Below the pieces are notes generated by a model. That model saw only the letters and a program-made list of their open reading frames with translations, had not been told where the DNA came from and did not search any database. The translations under genes were made by a program, and so were the position numbers. A DNA stretch of 64,000 bases, taken from the NCBI GenBank assembly GCA_902514745.1, contig CABXRX010000001.1, positions 9,130-73,129 of the forward strand, read 5' to 3'. Position 1 is the first letter of the stretch. Each line of letters begins with the position of its first letter. The DNA is from an uncultured Pelagibacteraceae bacterium. GTDB lineage: Bacteria; Pseudomonadota; Alphaproteobacteria; Pelagibacterales; Pelagibacteraceae. This document shows positions 62,642 through 64,000 of the stretch, in pieces.

Positions 62642-63197
62642 TAAAATTAAAACAGCAGTTTTTATTTCTGGAGCTGGTAGTAATTTAAAATCTCTCATCA
62701 AATTTTCAAAACTTAAAAAATCACCAATAATCATTAAGATGATTATTTCTAATAATTTTAAAGCAAAAGGCTTACAATATGCAAAAATTTACAAAATCAA
62801 AAAAAAAGTATTTGATTTTAAAAATGCTTTATCTGAAAAAAAAATTATCCATGAATTAAAAAAAGATAATATTGATTTAATATGTCTTGCTGGTTTTATG
62901 AAAATTTTATCGAAAAGCTTTATAAAAAATTTTAAAGGAAAAATTCTAAATATTCACCCTTCTCTTCTTCCAAAATACAAAGGATTAAATACTCACGAAA
63001 AAGCAATAAAAAATAAAGATAAATACTCTGGATGCACTGTTCATTTTGTTAATTCTAAACTTGATTCTGGTAAAATTATTAATCAAAAGAAAGTTAAAAT
63101 TAACAAGCTGGATACTCCTAAAACATTAGCAAAAAGGATTTTAATTCAAGAGCATAAACTCTATCCTTCAGCTATTATGAAGATATTTAGTCTTTAA
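62619..63197 (+). CDS. purN: Phosphoribosylglycinamide formyltransferase
   Basis: SGAGSN, LAGFM and NIHPSLLP motifs. Confidence 0.97.
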   Translation: MVLSTGSNKIKTAVFISGAGSNLKSLIKFSKLKKSPIIIKMIISNNFKAKGLQYAKIYKIKKKVFDFKNALSEKKIIHELKKDNIDLICLAGFMKILSKSFIKNFKGKILNIHPSLLPKYKGLNTHEKAIKNKDKYSGCTVHFVNSKLDSGKIINQKKVKINKLDTPKTLAKRILIQEHKLYPSAIMKIFSL

Positions 63198-63597
63198 AGA
63201 AAAAGTCTATTTCAATTTTTGCGTTTTCAACACTATCTGAACCATGAACAGAATTTTTATCAATAGAAATTCCATATTTTTTTCTAATAGTTCCTTCCTC
63301 TGCGTCATGAGGATTGGTAGCACCCATTAACTCTCTATTTCCTAATACTGCATTTTCTTTTTCAAGAATCATGACCACAATTGGTCCAGAGGATAGATAG
63401 GCACATAGATCATTGTAAAATGGTTTTGTTTCATGAACCTTATAAAATTTTTCAGCTTCTGATTTTTCAATTTGAATTTTTTTTTCTTTTAGGATTGAAA
63501 ATCCCTTATTTTTAAACATTTCTTTTATTTCATTATCTAAGCTTCTCTCAACAGCATCTGGCTTAATAATTGACAATGTTTGTTCAGTACTACTCAT
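63187..63597 (-). CDS. ndk: Nucleoside diphosphate kinase
   Basis: IIKPDA and NSVHGSDS motifs. Confidence 0.97.
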   Translation of the reverse strand: MSSTEQTLSIIKPDAVERSLDNEIKEMFKNKGFSILKEKKIQIEKSEAEKFYKVHETKPFYNDLCAYLSSGPIVVMILEKENAVLGNRELMGATNPHDAEEGTIRKKYGISIDKNSVHGSDSVENAKIEIDFFFKD

Positions 63598-64000
63598 AAT
63601 TATCCTCTATTAGTTTATTTAATAATCTTACACCATAACCTGTTGCACCGCCTGAATTAAGTGCTCCTCCATATTTTGAAAAAGCCATACCAGCTATATC
63701 TAGGTGTGCCCAAGGTGTTTTGTTTAATACAAATCTCTGTAAAAATTGTGCTGCAGTAGTAGACCCTGCTCCACCAACATAATTAATATTTTGCATATCA
63801 GCATTTTTAGAGTCTATTAATTTATCAAAGTTTTTATGTAACGGCATTCTCCATAATTTTTCATCTACCTTATCTCCAGCTTCTAATAATTGTTTAGATA
63901 GTTTATCGTCATTTGAAAAAAGACCAGCATATTCTGACCCAAGAGAAACTATAATTGCACCTGTGAGTGTTGCTAAATCAACCATAAATTTAGGTTTAAA
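63590..64000 (-). CDS. pepA: Leucyl aminopeptidase, 3' part (runs off window end)
   Basis: [16 protein letters not shown] and GATGYGVR motifs. Confidence 0.93.
   Translation of the reverse strand, partial: FKPKFMVDLATLTGAIIVSLGSEYAGLFSNDDKLSKQLLEAGDKVDEKLWRMPLHKNFDKLIDSKNADMQNINYVGGAGSTTAAQFLQRFVLNKTPWAHLDIAGMAFSKYGGALNSGGATGYGVRLLNKLIEDNYE

Overview
AT-rich, tightly packed alphaproteobacterial DNA whose gene content and order look like SAR11/Pelagibacterales (inferred). 1-20.8 kb: tandem glycine riboswitch, gcvTHP, a furan/cyclopropane fatty-acid modification cluster, tspO, selO, NAD-dependent formate dehydrogenase, moeA and a DMT-creatinase-amidinotransferase-threonine aldolase operon. ~21.0-31.4 kb: an integrase-less ~10.4 kb insertion bounded by a 63-bp duplication of the 5' end of a small gene. 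It carries an ECF sigma/membrane anti-sigma pair divergent from a giant, probably secreted CHAT (caspase-like) protease, a three-hairpin candidate ncRNA, a NurA-HerA pair and several small ORFs. 31.5-37.2 kb: a second accessory block (sulfatase-like membrane protein, SGNH-like protein, carbamoyltransferase with SxtJ/SxtK-like genes). 37.3-64 kb: core genes from yajQ to pepA, including an out-of-frame aspS/lptD junction that is probably an assembly chimera. No rRNA, tRNA, CRISPR array or integrase was recognised. All calls come from reading motifs; no searches were run.
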